From Eledone cirrhosa (lineage: Eukaryota): 64,000 bases of DNA. This document shows positions 24,651-37,530 of the stretch, piece by piece; the stretch's first letter is position 1, and each line of letters starts with the position of its first letter. The stretch covers positions 230,950,001 through 231,014,000 of the forward strand of contig OZ024741.1 of NCBI GenBank assembly GCA_964016885.1, read 5' to 3'. The notes under the pieces are model-generated. The model was not told the DNA's origin and ran no database searches. It saw nothing but the letters and a program-made list of their open reading frames with translations. The position numbers were made by a program, and so were the translations under genes.

Positions 24651-25540
24651 GGCACCAGGCTTAGCCCTCAGGAAATGTGGACCAATAATATACTATTATA
24701 TCGCTCAAATATTCAATTTTGTATTATAAATTTCATATTCAAAAAAGAAAATGGTTATCAATGGAAGACAATCCCCTCTGTCTACACTATATAGAACAGC
24801 AAAATAATAGCAATTTCACCAGCACGACAACCTAGATCACCACCTATCCCACCACCCCTCTGTGTACATTAAATACAACAGCCAGATAACGGCAATTTCA
24901 CCACCACCACAACCAATCCCAGCATAATAATAATAATTACTATTATTGTATCTCAAGTTTTCTAAAAATATTTAATTAGAATATTAAGGAAATATGTCAA
25001 CATATATATTAAACATAGGCGAAAAACCGCATAGATATACAGATCAAAGAAACGCATACTATCTACAGTCTATTCAAAATAACTAAGTAGCGATAACGCC
25101 ATAATTTCAGTTACCGCCCCCCATCACTCCATCACTGCTACCGCTATCCCATCACCGCCGCCACCATTACTACCCCACTACCTTCGGCTTAACTTAAGAA
25201 AGGGGAAGGTGGCAGTGTCACTAGAGAAGGCTAGTAAAAGATATAAATAGACTAGCAAAATATATATATAGACTGACGGTATCACTAGACAGGGCTAGCA
25301 AAAATATAAATAGACTGAATTAGTGACGCGGTCAAACGTCAAGAACTGTGTCACTGCTGGATCCCCCCTTCCCCAGCAACGATAGAAAAAGCCCCAGCAC
25401 CACCACCGACATAGCCAACAACAACAACAGGCAACTTCAACAAAATGTATATTAATTATTAATAATAATTTCATTTTTAAGCCAGGCAGTTCTCACATTA
25501 AGGAACCACTCATGATAATAACAATTTAAAAAACAAAAAA
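24651..25540 (+). mobile_element. Tx1-derived non-autonomous segment, copy 2
   Basis: Homologous to 181-1250, lacking the SINE. Confidence 0.6.
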
Positions 25541-25546
25541 AGGAAA

Positions 25547-28500
25547 CCCCGTGACCAAGAAATACCGGGATGGCGGCCAATGGGGAATAACCGTGTCTTT
25601 AGGGGAGGACGACCCGTCTAGTCTTGGTAGACACTCTTCCTAGGAGTGGTAACACGAAATGATTACCCCTTAGCGGTTAAGGATAAAACGCAACAAAATA
25701 AAGTCAATGTCAAAAGATAAAATCTCATACTGGATCGACCGTCACTCGGGTTAAAAAGGGCCGCGTCCCTCAGAGAGGAACCAGACTGGGGTCGAAAATC
25801 AGCTAATGGTTCAAACCTCCCCATCAATTCGGAGCTAGAGACCTCCTATAACCGGAATACTCCTACTGTTGGCCCTCCATGCTCACCACCAAGAAAAAGA
25901 GAGAAATATGTTCAAGGGAAGACAATAAAGAAGTCCTTGAGGCTGTTTACACTGCCATATACTACCCATCAAATAGATCGAATACAGAACAGACATATAT
26001 CAATTGGAAAAAGAAACATCCCGAAAACAGAGGCTATATTGACAGTAAGACACTAGCCAATACACGAAGAAATATTGTTAAAAAAAGTTACTAACTGAAT
26101 TAGAAATAGATCAGAACAAGCGATCAGCACCACTTCAGCGAAGGGAAAATGAAACATGTGTCAGTGAAAACGAGGTAAATTGTAACACTTCGAATCCCAG
26201 GGTTGGGGCCGAATCATTGACAGCAGAACAAATTAAAGAAAGGAACGAAAAAGTGGAGGGAGTGCATGCTCAAAATGAAACTCAAAATGAAAACAATGAG
26301 ATCGTAAATGATAAGGAAATGAATGAGAATGAACTTCCCAACTTGAAGAATCAAATTATGATTGAATGGATGAAAATGAGAGAATCTGACATGGGGGACC
26401 AAGACACCCTCCCTAAGATTCAGAACTCCAAACAGAACCAAATGATAATACACAAGACTAACATAATTCTCAAAAACATTATCATCACAAACAAACTAAA
26501 CATTACTGATCTAAATCATATCTAATATGCGTCACTTAAAGTCACCACTCACTTAAGTGGAGTGAAAATGAAAAAAAACAAAGGAATTCCAACAAGGAAC
26601 CTACTTGGCAAGATAACATCAATCGCCAGATAAACCTTCCCCGATCTGGCATAGACATTTTACCAAACTACAAAGTAGGTGAACATGTTAAACAAACTAA
26701 ACTTAGAAAATAGAAAAGAAAATACAGTATAAAATCAACAAGTGACACAGACATGCTGATAGAAATAATCAAGAAAAACGAGTCGGCCAAAGCTGCTCGT
26801 ATAAAACGCTTTGAAAAACGATCTAGATTATATAAGGACAATAATACGTTCAAAAACAACCAAATAATCTTCTACAGAAAAATTTGAAAGTGAACAATAA
26901 CTGATAAATCAATACCACCCAAAGAAGAAGTTAAAGAAGACTGGGAAAAGATATGGGCCGACGAAAAAGTCCATAGTATACATGCCCCATCGATAGACAG
27001 ACAGACAAAAGATACAGCTCACCTTGAGGAACAACCATTGGAAATATAACAGTTGAACAGTTGCGTTTGGCTCTTAGAAAAGCCAGCAAATGGAAATCCC
27101 TGGGAAAAGACAAATACCAAATTTTTGGATAAATGCCTTCACAGAATCTCATGAGCTGTTAGCCCAACTTTACAATGAAATGGTTAAGGAGCCAGCAAAG
27201 ATACCAACATGGCTAGTTAACGGCATTACATTCCTACTTCCGAAGATATGATGAGACAAACAATCCCCAAAATTACAGACCGATAACTTGCTTGACGACA
27301 ATATATCAAATTTTAACATCACTCCTATGTGAATAAACATATAATCACCTGATAACAAATGATCTATTTCCCAATTAGCAGAAAGGGTGTAAACGAGGCT
27401 CATATGGTTGTAAATATCAGCTTTTGGTTAACAAAATGATACTGAAGACTGTCATGATAGACACAAAAATCTATCGATTGCTTGGATAGATTACAAAAAA
27501 GCATTCGATAGTTTGCCACACAGTTGCATTGAAAAATGTTTAGAGATTTTCAAAATAACTCCTGTTTTCAGGAGGTTCCTGTCACTCAGTATGAACTCAT
27601 GGAAAACGACACTCCTTTTGAATAGTAGGAAAAACCCACTGGAAGCTGGAGAAGTTATATAATCGTGGAACTTTTCAGGGTGACTCTTTATCACCGCTTT
27701 TATTCTGCATCGCACTTATACCATTAAGTAAAATGCTCAATGAAACAAAACATGGATATAAAGTCTATGACAAAACCATTGATCACTTGTTCTACATGGA
27801 TGACCTGAAACTATTTGCAAAAAATGATGAACAATTGCAAGGGCTATTATCCACTGTGAAACAGTTCAGTGATGACATTAAAATGGAGTTTGGACTAGAT
27901 AAATGCGCCAAAGCAACGTTCACATGAAAAGTTCAGACATTAATCTTGATCGGGGGAATGTGATAAGAGAACTTGATCAAGAAGAAACATACAAATATCT
28001 AAGTGTTTTTGAAGGAGACGGAATCAAGCACTCGACAATGAGGGAAAGGATAAGTAAAGAATGTTACCGCAGAGTAAGAGCAATCTTAAGAACGAAATTG
28101 AACGGAAGGAATAGGATCGATGCCATAAACACGCTTGCCAAACCAGTAGTAACCTACAGTTACAATGTCATCAACTGGTCAATCACAGAGATCCGTAGGC
28201 TGGATACAAACATTAGAAAATTCTTAACCATGTACAGAATGCATCAAACTAAGGCAGATTCAGATAGAATATATCTCCCTAGGAATGAGGGTGGACGTGG
28301 CTTAATCCAGTTAAATACTGCGTTGAAAACTGCAACAATTGGATTATCTACATATCTAAGGGAACGACATGATTGGATGATCAAACTTGTTTTGAAACAC
28401 GAAAGCATCAAAAGATCATACTCCATTACACAAGATTCACCAAGATACAGTAATGGACTAACAATTTCAGAAGTTCCATTTACTGCTGAAATGAAAAACA

Positions 28501-29447
28501 CTGAAAACGCAAAGCAGGTAAAAGTAATTGCAAAGAAAGAACTGCTACAAAAACTAGTTAAGAAATGGCAAGAAAAGCTTCTGTGTGGAAAATACCCAGA
28601 AAGAGCTAAGAATACTGATGTTGACAAAAGTTTAACCCATCAATGGACTGAAATCGGAGACTGAAGGACTAATTATATCAGCACAAATTCAGTGTCTGCC
28701 AACAAAATATTACCAAGCCAACATAATAAAAAATGGATGCAATCCTTTATACCGTGTATGTAAAACTCAACCAGAGACCATTGATCACATCATTTCGATG
28801 TTCAGTCCTCTAGCTCCAACCGAATACCTAAACAGACACGACAGAGCTGCACAATAAATACATTGGATAATGTGTAAGCATTTTGACCTGCCCCATCAAA
28901 AGGATTGGTGGGATCATCAACCACCTCCCGTACTTGAAAAGGATCACTTCTCAATCTTGTGGAACATTAGCATCCAAACTGACCAACAAATAGATGCAAA
29001 TAGACCTGATATAATACTGAAGCACTTTAAAAAGAAGGTATGCCTGCTAATTGATATGTCCATTCCAATAGACAAGAATGTATCTATAAAAAACATTTGA
29101 AAAATTGAGCAAGTATAATGATTGGAAAAATGTGGAAATTCAGAACTAAAACAATACTAGTGGTTGTAGGCGCCCTAGGATTGACGCCTAAGGGGTCTAA
29201 TGATTACTTATCGCAAATCCCAGGAAACCCGCGTATAGGAGAAATACAAAAGAAAGTACTAATGGGAACTGCCCATATACTAAGGAAGATTCTGTCAATA
29301 TAAGTACAACCCAAGTCTAAACACCTAAAGATGCATGTGTGAATATGTATGTTCTTTCTTGAACATGGCGGACCTTGTTGTCTCTTGAGGTCACTGGTTG
29401 TGACTTGGTGATAACTCGTATGAACATAAAGCAAGATAAATGCAACT

Positions 29448-29448
<1 letters not shown>
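25547..29448 (+). mobile_element. R4/Dong family A, copy 3 (full length, degenerate)
   Basis: Same leader ccccgtgaccaag; RT YMDD (27733-27927); RLE; 3' end gcaactg(TAA)n. Confidence 0.92.
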
Positions 29449-29531
<83 letters not shown>

Positions 29532-29541
29532 CTGGTCCACC

Positions 29542-29593
<52 letters not shown>

Positions 29594-29769
29594 CACACAC
29601 ACATACACACGCGTACATCAACATACTAGGAGACTTATATATACACACACACACACGCACTTCACCATATAAGACAAAAGCTGAAAAATATCTTTTGACA
29701 TGCTAAAATACCCCCCATTGCTTTCAAACACATTCGTACTGACCATCCCTGCCACCACAAATTACTCTG

Positions 29770-29851
<82 letters not shown>

Positions 29852-30306
29852 ATCTTAATAGCCATTTGACACACATCGCTGCTAGCCATTATCACACCAT
29901 CGAACACCTTACTACTACTACTACACGCACACACACACACACACACACACATATTTGTTGTGAAAGAGTCATTTCTCAATCTTGGCGCAAAACCAATTTT
30001 TTATTCACATGACCTCTACCGACCAATCAAAATTGTTTTGACCACAAGAATTTTTGCAAATTGGAGCCACTTTTTTTAACATAAAAACAGGTAGAATTCC
30101 CAAAACTAATCAGATCAGAGCAAACAGCACGGACACTCTATCTCAAAATTATTTTTGAAAAGCAATTAGAAATGCGCAACCGGTAAAAACTTAAAAACTT
30201 AAAACGACAACTGAATACTAACCCATACAGTCACTAATACTCTTTTATTCCTAATTAAACCATTTTTCAACTGTGAACAATTTGTCAGCATTTTATATTC
30301 CGTTTA

Positions 30307-30387
<81 letters not shown>
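29449..30387. repeat. Compound microsatellite block (TAA, TA, CA) enclosing unclassified sequence (~29660-29770 and ~29950-30310)
   Basis: Direct reading; the paralogous site at 52021-52058 has only (TAA)n and a short TA run. Confidence 0.85.
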
Positions 30388-30390
<3 letters not shown>

Positions 30391-30412
30391 AGTTATGTAT
30401 ACACTTTTTCAG

Positions 30413-30556
30413 AATGCAAACCCGGATATTACGGACTTATGTGTGAAGATAATTGTATAGATTGTGTAGACATGGCATGTGATAGTTTTAATGGGAAATG
30501 TCACTATGGTTGTAACTCAGGAATGGAGTGGGATGTCACAAGTAAAAGATGCAAAG
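30413..30556 (+). CDS. EGF-like (MEGF/CED-1/SCARF-type) exon 1: ECKPGYYGLMCEDNCIDCVDMACDSFNGKCHYGCNSGMEWDVTSKRCK
   Basis: ttttcAG| and |GTAAGT, 144 nt, phase 1-1, 8 Cys, no stop codon. Confidence 0.85.
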
Positions 30557-32132
30557 GTAAGTAAACTCTTCGTTGGGAAGATATTAGTTTTTACCTGGCC
30601 GTACTATACATGCTGTGTTTCGGAAGAGTTGTTAGAGTATAGAACAAAATGTCTTGGGGCACTTGTTCAGATTCTGTATCCATCTAGGGCTGAAATTGTT
30701 TAAGAATTTTGATGACATACGTGATGGCAATATTTGTTTCGGCAATACGCATTCTGAGCTTACATACCATAAATCCTATTAGGTAAGTGAGATGTAAAGT
30801 TTCACTTGGTTCATCCCAACCTGGCACTTGGTTGCTTTTAGCAGAGTTTATTCTCTTAGAAGAAATTGAACCTGCCTCTGATTTCACGATACATTCACTG
30901 GTATAATAAGTCATTTAGTGATAGTTAAACTTACTCTTCTCTGTTAACACAAGTCGCTGATTCTTTTGCGTTCCGTTGTGTCTGATCGTCTGAGTAAGGA
31001 TAACTTACAACTTTATCTTGTAAGTCCGGGAAACCTTGACATGGATCATCGGCTCCATCTTCCATGCTTTGATTAAGCAAAAAGAAGAAAAAATGTGGCA
31101 AAACATAGTTTATAAAGAGAGCTCCGCAGAAATCATCACTCTGATAACATTTTTATCTCCTTTTGAAAGCAATACACTTTACTTACATCATACAATTTAG
31201 CAAGTATAATATATTGAGTCGCTAAACCAAGTAATATAGAGGCTAATCCAATGCATCACAACCCGTAATTCGTTCTTCTGCTGTTGCAGTTGCATCTTGG
31301 AGACGTTCAATTCATCAATTATTTTTAATGTCGTTGATCTGGTAGACCGAATATACGGTCAGCCTGGTAGAACCTTAGTTCTGCCATTATTATTTATAGC
31401 AGTTGTGATTTTCTCGCCACAAAATTTATTTATTTATTTTGTTTTCGTAAAATATGTTCTCCAGGTGATCTTTTGTTATCTTTCTGAGGCATATTTGATG
31501 GAACACATTTAGCTTTCTGGCAATCTTTGCTGTGTTTTCAGATCACAGTGGCAGACTGAGCTGTGTGGAGAATGAATTTGTTGTATAGAGAAATGTTGAT
31601 ATCTGCACTCATTGTTGAGGCTGATCAAACAATGTGCATTCACTGGAACACATTTACCGCCTCACTAATTCTGCTAATGACGACCACTTCATTGTTGCTA
31701 TTGTTGGATCACCTCACTGCGGTTTCCTAATTGGTGTTATTGCCCACCATAATCAAATAACCCAGATTTGTCTGTTCTCTCCATGGAATTCATTGGCTGT
31801 TTCCACCATATCTGTGCGCACCTGTATGTGTTGTTGCATATATGAGTTTTTAATTGTTATCTAGCAAAATTATCCCGTTTATTTAGGCATACGCAATCCC
31901 TTTGAAAGACATTAGTTTGTCAATCGGTATGTGGTCCGGAGAAGTCTGAAGCGATTTGTGTATATCTGAGAGATTCCTCCTCTCGAAAAATAGTCAGTAA
32001 TTATGAACTTTGACATAAAATGACCTTCTATTGTGCCCGAAAGCTATCCCTTCTAGCCTTGCTAAGCTTCCAATGGATAATATCTGTATATATATATATA
32101 TATTCATGATAGTTGTATATTCTCTTTCACAC

Positions 32133-32276
32133 GATGCAAACCCGGATATTACTGATTTATGTGTAAAAGTAATTGTACTGATTGTATAGACATGGCATGG
32201 GAGAGTTTTATTGCTAAATGTGACGATGGTTGTAACCTACTTTTGGAGTGGGGTGACGAAATTAAAAGATGTAAAT
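32133..32276 (+). pseudogene. EGF-like pseudo-exon
   Basis: 144-nt homolog with acceptor AG>AC, an in-frame TGA, one Cys>Trp and donor GT>GA. Confidence 0.85.
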
Positions 32277-32854
32277 GAGAGTGATATTTTCGTTGTGAAT
32301 ATATTACTTTTTACCTGGTCGTTCTCTAAATGCTGTGTTTCGGTAGAGTTATTAGAGTGTAGAAGAAAATATCTTGGAGTACTTGTTCCGTTTTCTGTGT
32401 TCATCTATGAGTGGAATATCTTTTAGAATGTTGATGACATGCGTGGTGGCAATATTTATCTCCGCATGATGCATTCTGAGCCTACATTCCAATATATCCT
32501 ATTAGGGTGAATTGTTCTAAAATGTTCACTCAGTTTATTTCAGCCTGTTCTTTGGTAGCTTTTTGGAGAGTTTAGTCTGTTACAAGGATTTGAATATGTC
32601 TCTGGTTTCACGATACATCCATTGGTATAGCAAGTCAACTTAGTGATAGTTAAACTTAATCCTTCTCCCAGTTAACAATCAGCATATGGACCGGTTTGTG
32701 TATATCTGACAGCCCCCTTCTCTCGGAAAACCCTCAGTAATCATGAACTATGACATGAGTGGACCTTGTATTGTGCCAGAAAGCTATCCCTTCTAACGTT
32801 GCAAAGCCTCCAATGGAGGATCTCACTATGATAAATGTGTATTCACTTGCACCG

Positions 32855-32983
32855 AATGCAAACCCGGATATTACGGATTTATGTGTGAAAATATTTGTAC
32901 AGATTGTAGAGACATGGCATGTCAAAATTCTATTGGTTGTATCAAAGGTATGCATTGGAATCGCACAATTGAAACATGCAAAG
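32855..32983 (+). pseudogene. EGF-like pseudo-exon (closest to exon 56967)
   Basis: Acceptor CAG>CCG, donor GT>TT, 15-nt deletion; shares GMHWNRTIE with exon 56967. Confidence 0.85.
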
Positions 32984-33086
32984 TTAAGTGAAATTTTCGT
33001 TGGGAAGATATTAATTTTTACCTGGTCGTTCTAGAAAAGTTGTATATCGGAAAGGTTGTTAGAGTGTAGAGCAAAATGAATCTGTA

Positions 33087-36000
33087 TCAGCAGCAGGGAC
33101 CTGGCTGTCAACCAAATACTGCTGGTGTCGGAGGAAGAAGATGAAGGAAAGGGACCAGAACCAACTGGATGAAATAATTGAATAGAACTGTTATGCAATG
33201 TTACCTGAAGAGTAACCCCAAGGAAAAAGGCTAGAGGAAATGGATGCATAACATCTGGAACGAGATTGGTCTATTTAAATTAGATGAACAAAAATTGGCC
33301 GGGCAAGCTCGGGTAATAAGAACTAATGGGTGGATAAGCGAGCTGGAACTGGAGGAACTGAGTTGAGAGATTAGGTTGGAAATGGAGAGAGGAGTATGCC
33401 AGGCAAACGAGCCAGTGGGAAGTAAAGGTGAAGAGGTTGAGAGAACGGAGGAACCATCCGAAGCAGACAATTATCTGAATGCTGAAATAAATAATACCTG
33501 GAACAAAGATACGGCCATTGAGGAGATGAATGCTGACGGGCTAGGACAAGATTTGGTTGATATCCTAAACTTAGTGGTAGATGAATTGAACAATGATAGT
33601 GGGAAACCGATGAACCTAAGATTTGTAGACAGGAAACAGTTAAAAGAAACAACAGCTAAGGTAAACAAAGTCATCCCATACCTTGAGGCGAGGAGCCTTC
33701 ACCAGTGCAACAATATCCACAAAGCAACAGCAAATGGGGTGAGGAAACTACTTGGCATAAAACCGAGAGGAAACAACAAACAAGAAAAATCAGAACCTTG
33801 GTGCAAGAAACGACTGAATGGTCAAATCAGGGAAATGAGAAATAACATTGGAAAGCTTGAGTCCCTACTGAATGGGACATTAAAAAACATAGACACTAAA
33901 ATTAGACTGGAAATAAAGTACAGAACTAGGAGGAAAAAGCTAAATATTATCATAGAGGAACTGAAGCAACGCATTGTAGCAAAGAGTGCAACAATTAGGC
34001 GATACGAGAGCAGAGTCAGTAAGTATAGACATAACCGCATGTTTGACAACAACCAGAAGTTGTTTGGACAGGATGAAGGGAAAGAAAGAGGCAACGACTT
34101 GATCTCTGAGGCGGAACAAACTAAGACATTCTGGAGAGGAATATGGGTGCAGGATGTTAAACATAATGACCAGGCAGTGTGGATTGAGACAGTACAAAAG
34201 GAGATTAGTGAACAGGCACACCAACAAACTGATTTGAGTATCACAGTTGAAATTCTTAAGAGGCAGCCCCCAAAACTAACCAACTGGAAATCACCAGGCC
34301 AAGATGTTGTGCAGGGGTATTGGATTAAAAATATAACATCCCTCCACCCGAAACTGACAACCATGTCACAATGACAGCTTGATGTCAGGTGAGGTACCAG
34401 AGTGGTTGAAAAAAGGTACCACAGTTCTGGTAATGAAATACCGAATCAAGGGTAATGATGTTACCAACTATAGACCTATCACATGTCTGTCCGTAATTTG
34501 GAAACTGTTGACAAGCATTGTGTCTGAGGAAATCTACCATCACCTCCACACAAACAACTTGTTACCGGACGAACAGAGAGGATGCCGAAAGAAGTCCCGT
34601 GGTACAAAGGACCAGTTACTTATTGATAAGATGGTAATGAGGAATTGCAAGAGGAGACACACTGGTCTTGCCATGGGATGGATAGACTACAAAAAGGCAT
34701 TTGACATGGTGCCTCATTCTTGGATCACCAAAAGCCTAGAGATCTTCAAGGTGGCACATAACATCAGACAGTTGATGGGCAAAAGTATGCAGTCCTGGAA
34801 AACAGAGATAACATCAGCTAGAGAATCCTTGGGAGGCGTGAAGATCAAGAGAGGTATCTTCCAGGGAGATAGTCTGTCCCCTCTGTTGTTTGTCGTTGCC
34901 CTGATTTCCCTGACCATTATACTGCGAGAGGTGAAAGCAGGATACAAGTTGGGAAAGGGAGAGCTTACCATCAATCACCTCCTCTTCTTGGACGATCTTA
35001 AGCTCTCGGGAAGAGTGAGAAGGAGTTGGATGCGCTTGCTGACACTGTCCGTATTTTCAGCAATGATATACGTATGCAATTTGGTATTAGTAACTGTGGA
35101 GTCCTTGTGATGAAGAGAGGTAAATTGAGCAGAAGCAACGGATCCAGGTACCGACAGGTGAGATGATAAAGGAAATTGACACTGAAGAAGGATACAAGTA
35201 CTTGGGTGTTCTGGAGGCTGATGACATCAAGAACAAAACAAATGAAGGAATTGATAAGATCTGAATACATTCGGAGAATAAGGAGCGTATTAAAGTCACA
35301 TCTGAACAGTAGGAATGCCATAAGTGCAGGAAATTCCCGAGCTGTGTCTATTATCAGTTACAGTGCGGGAATTCTGAGATGGAATGTTGCTGAACAAAAA
35401 GAAATGGATAGGCAGACTAGGAAGCTATTGACTATCTACAACATGTTCCACAAGAGGAGTGATGTCGATAGACTCTACTTAAGGAGATCTGAAGGTGGAA
35501 GAGGTCTTATCAGCATAGAGGACTGTGTTCAGATGGAGAAAAACAACCTACACAAATTCGTAACTGATAGTAAGGAGCCAATGTCCAGAATTGTATTGAA
35601 GGAGAGGACAATAGACCAGGGGATGTCCCAGGAGGAAATAACAAGGAGAAAGAGCACCCTTCATGAACATTCCCTTCATAGTACCTGTTTTGAGAAAACT
35701 GAATTCAGAGATCCACAGACATGTACTGGTTGAAAAGAGGAGACCTTAAAAACGTTACAGAAGGAATGCTAATGGCTGCGCAAGAGCAGGCCCTTAAAAC
35801 AAAGTGGTTGAAACACCATATTTACAAGGAGGAGGCTAGCCCAATGTGCAGGTTCTGTGGAGTGAGAGAGGAGCCTGTGGCTCACATTGTATCCGAGTGT
35901 AAACAGCTAGCCCAGACTCACTATAAAGGCTGGAGATATGATGTGATGGGCAGGGTGATCCACTGGCACCTATGCAAAGTAAACAATTTACCACATTCTG

Positions 36001-36496
36001 AGAAGTGGTATAAGCATAAGCCGGAGTCGGTGATAGAAAATGATCAGATGAAGTTGCTGTGGGGTTTTAGGATACCGACGGACAAGAAACTTGAACACAA
36101 TAGACCTGATCTGCTGGTTTTGGACAAGGAAAAAAGATCGTGCCTGATTGTGGATGTGGCCTGCCCATTCGACACGAGAGTGAAAGAGAAGGAGAGGGAG
36201 AAAATTAACCGATATCAGGACTTAAAGTGGGAGGTAAAAAGGATTTGCAACTGCCATGAAGTCAAAGTGATCCCGATTGTCATAGGCGCAATAGGTACTA
36301 TGTCAAAAAGTTTCCAGGGATGGTTAAAGAAAATTCGCCCCGCCTCGCTTTTTGGAACGCTTCAAATGGCATGCTTGCTGGGAACAGCAAGAACCCTCCG
36401 ATACGTCCTGAATATCTGAGGTTGTAGGTAAAAGCTTGATGTTCATTTCAACAAACTTTCCAGTTAAATAACATAAATGACTGAGACTCAAAGAAC
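33087..36496 (+). mobile_element. R4/Dong family B, copy 2 (degenerate)
   Basis: Paralog of 9330-12598; RT 34379-35110, CCHC/RLE 35721-36419; (AAT)n tail. Confidence 0.92.
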
Positions 36497-36543
36497 AATA
36501 ATAATAATAATAATAATATTAATAATAATAATAATAATAATAA

Positions 36544-37497
36544 AAACAACCTATACAAATACGTGACCTATAGTAAGGAGCCAATGCTCAGAACTGTACT
36601 GAAGGAGGGGACAGTAGGCCAGGGGATGTCCAAGGAGGAAATAACATCAAGGAAGAGCAGCCTTAAGAGAAAATCCCTTCATAGTACCTTCTTTGAGAAA
36701 ACTGAATTTAGAGATCCACAGGCATGGAACTGGTTGAGAAGAGGAGACCTCAAAAAGGCTACAGAAGGAATGCTAATGGCTGCGCAGGAGCAGGCCCTCA
36801 AAACGAAGTGGCTGAAGCACCATATCTACAAGGAGGAGGCTAGCCCACTGTGCAGGATCTGTGGAGAGAGAGAGGAGACTGTGGCTCACATTGTGTCCGA
36901 GTGTAAACACCTAGCCCAGACCCACTATAAGGGCTGGAGACACGATGTGATGGGCAGGGTGATCCACTGGCACCTGTGCAAAGTAAACAATTTACCACAT
37001 TCTGAGAAATGGTATGAGCATAGGCCAGAGGCGGTGATGGAGAACAATCAGGTGAAGGTGCTGTGGGATTTTAGGATACAGACGGACAAAAAACTGGAAC
37101 ACAATAGACCTGACCTGGTGGTTGTGGACAAAGAAAAAAGATCGTGCCTGATTGTGGGTGTGGCCTGCCCGTTCGACACGAGAGTGCAAGAGAAGGAGAG
37201 GGAGAAAATTAACCGATACCAGGACCTAAAGTGGGAGGTGAAAAGGATTTGGAACTGCCATGAAGTCAAAGTGATCCCGATTGTCATAGGCGCACTGGGG
37301 ACTATCTCCAAAAGTTTCCAGGGATGGTTAAAGAAAATCGGCCCCTTCACGCTTTTTGGAACGCTTCAAAAGGCATGCTTGCTTGGAACAGCAAGAACCC
37401 TCCGATATGTCCTGAATATCTGAGGCTGCAGGTAGTGGCTTGATATTCAATCCAACGGACTTCCCAGTTAACTAACATCAATGACTGAGATTCACGG
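36544..37497 (+). mobile_element. R4/Dong family B, copy 3 (5'-truncated, open CCHC-RLE frame)
   Basis: ORF 36563-37423: CRIC..HIVSEC, RHD, RPDL, KINRYQDL. Inserted in the (AAT)n tail of copy 2. Confidence 0.92.
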
Positions 37498-37530
37498 AAT
37501 AACAATAACAATAATAATAATAATAATAAT

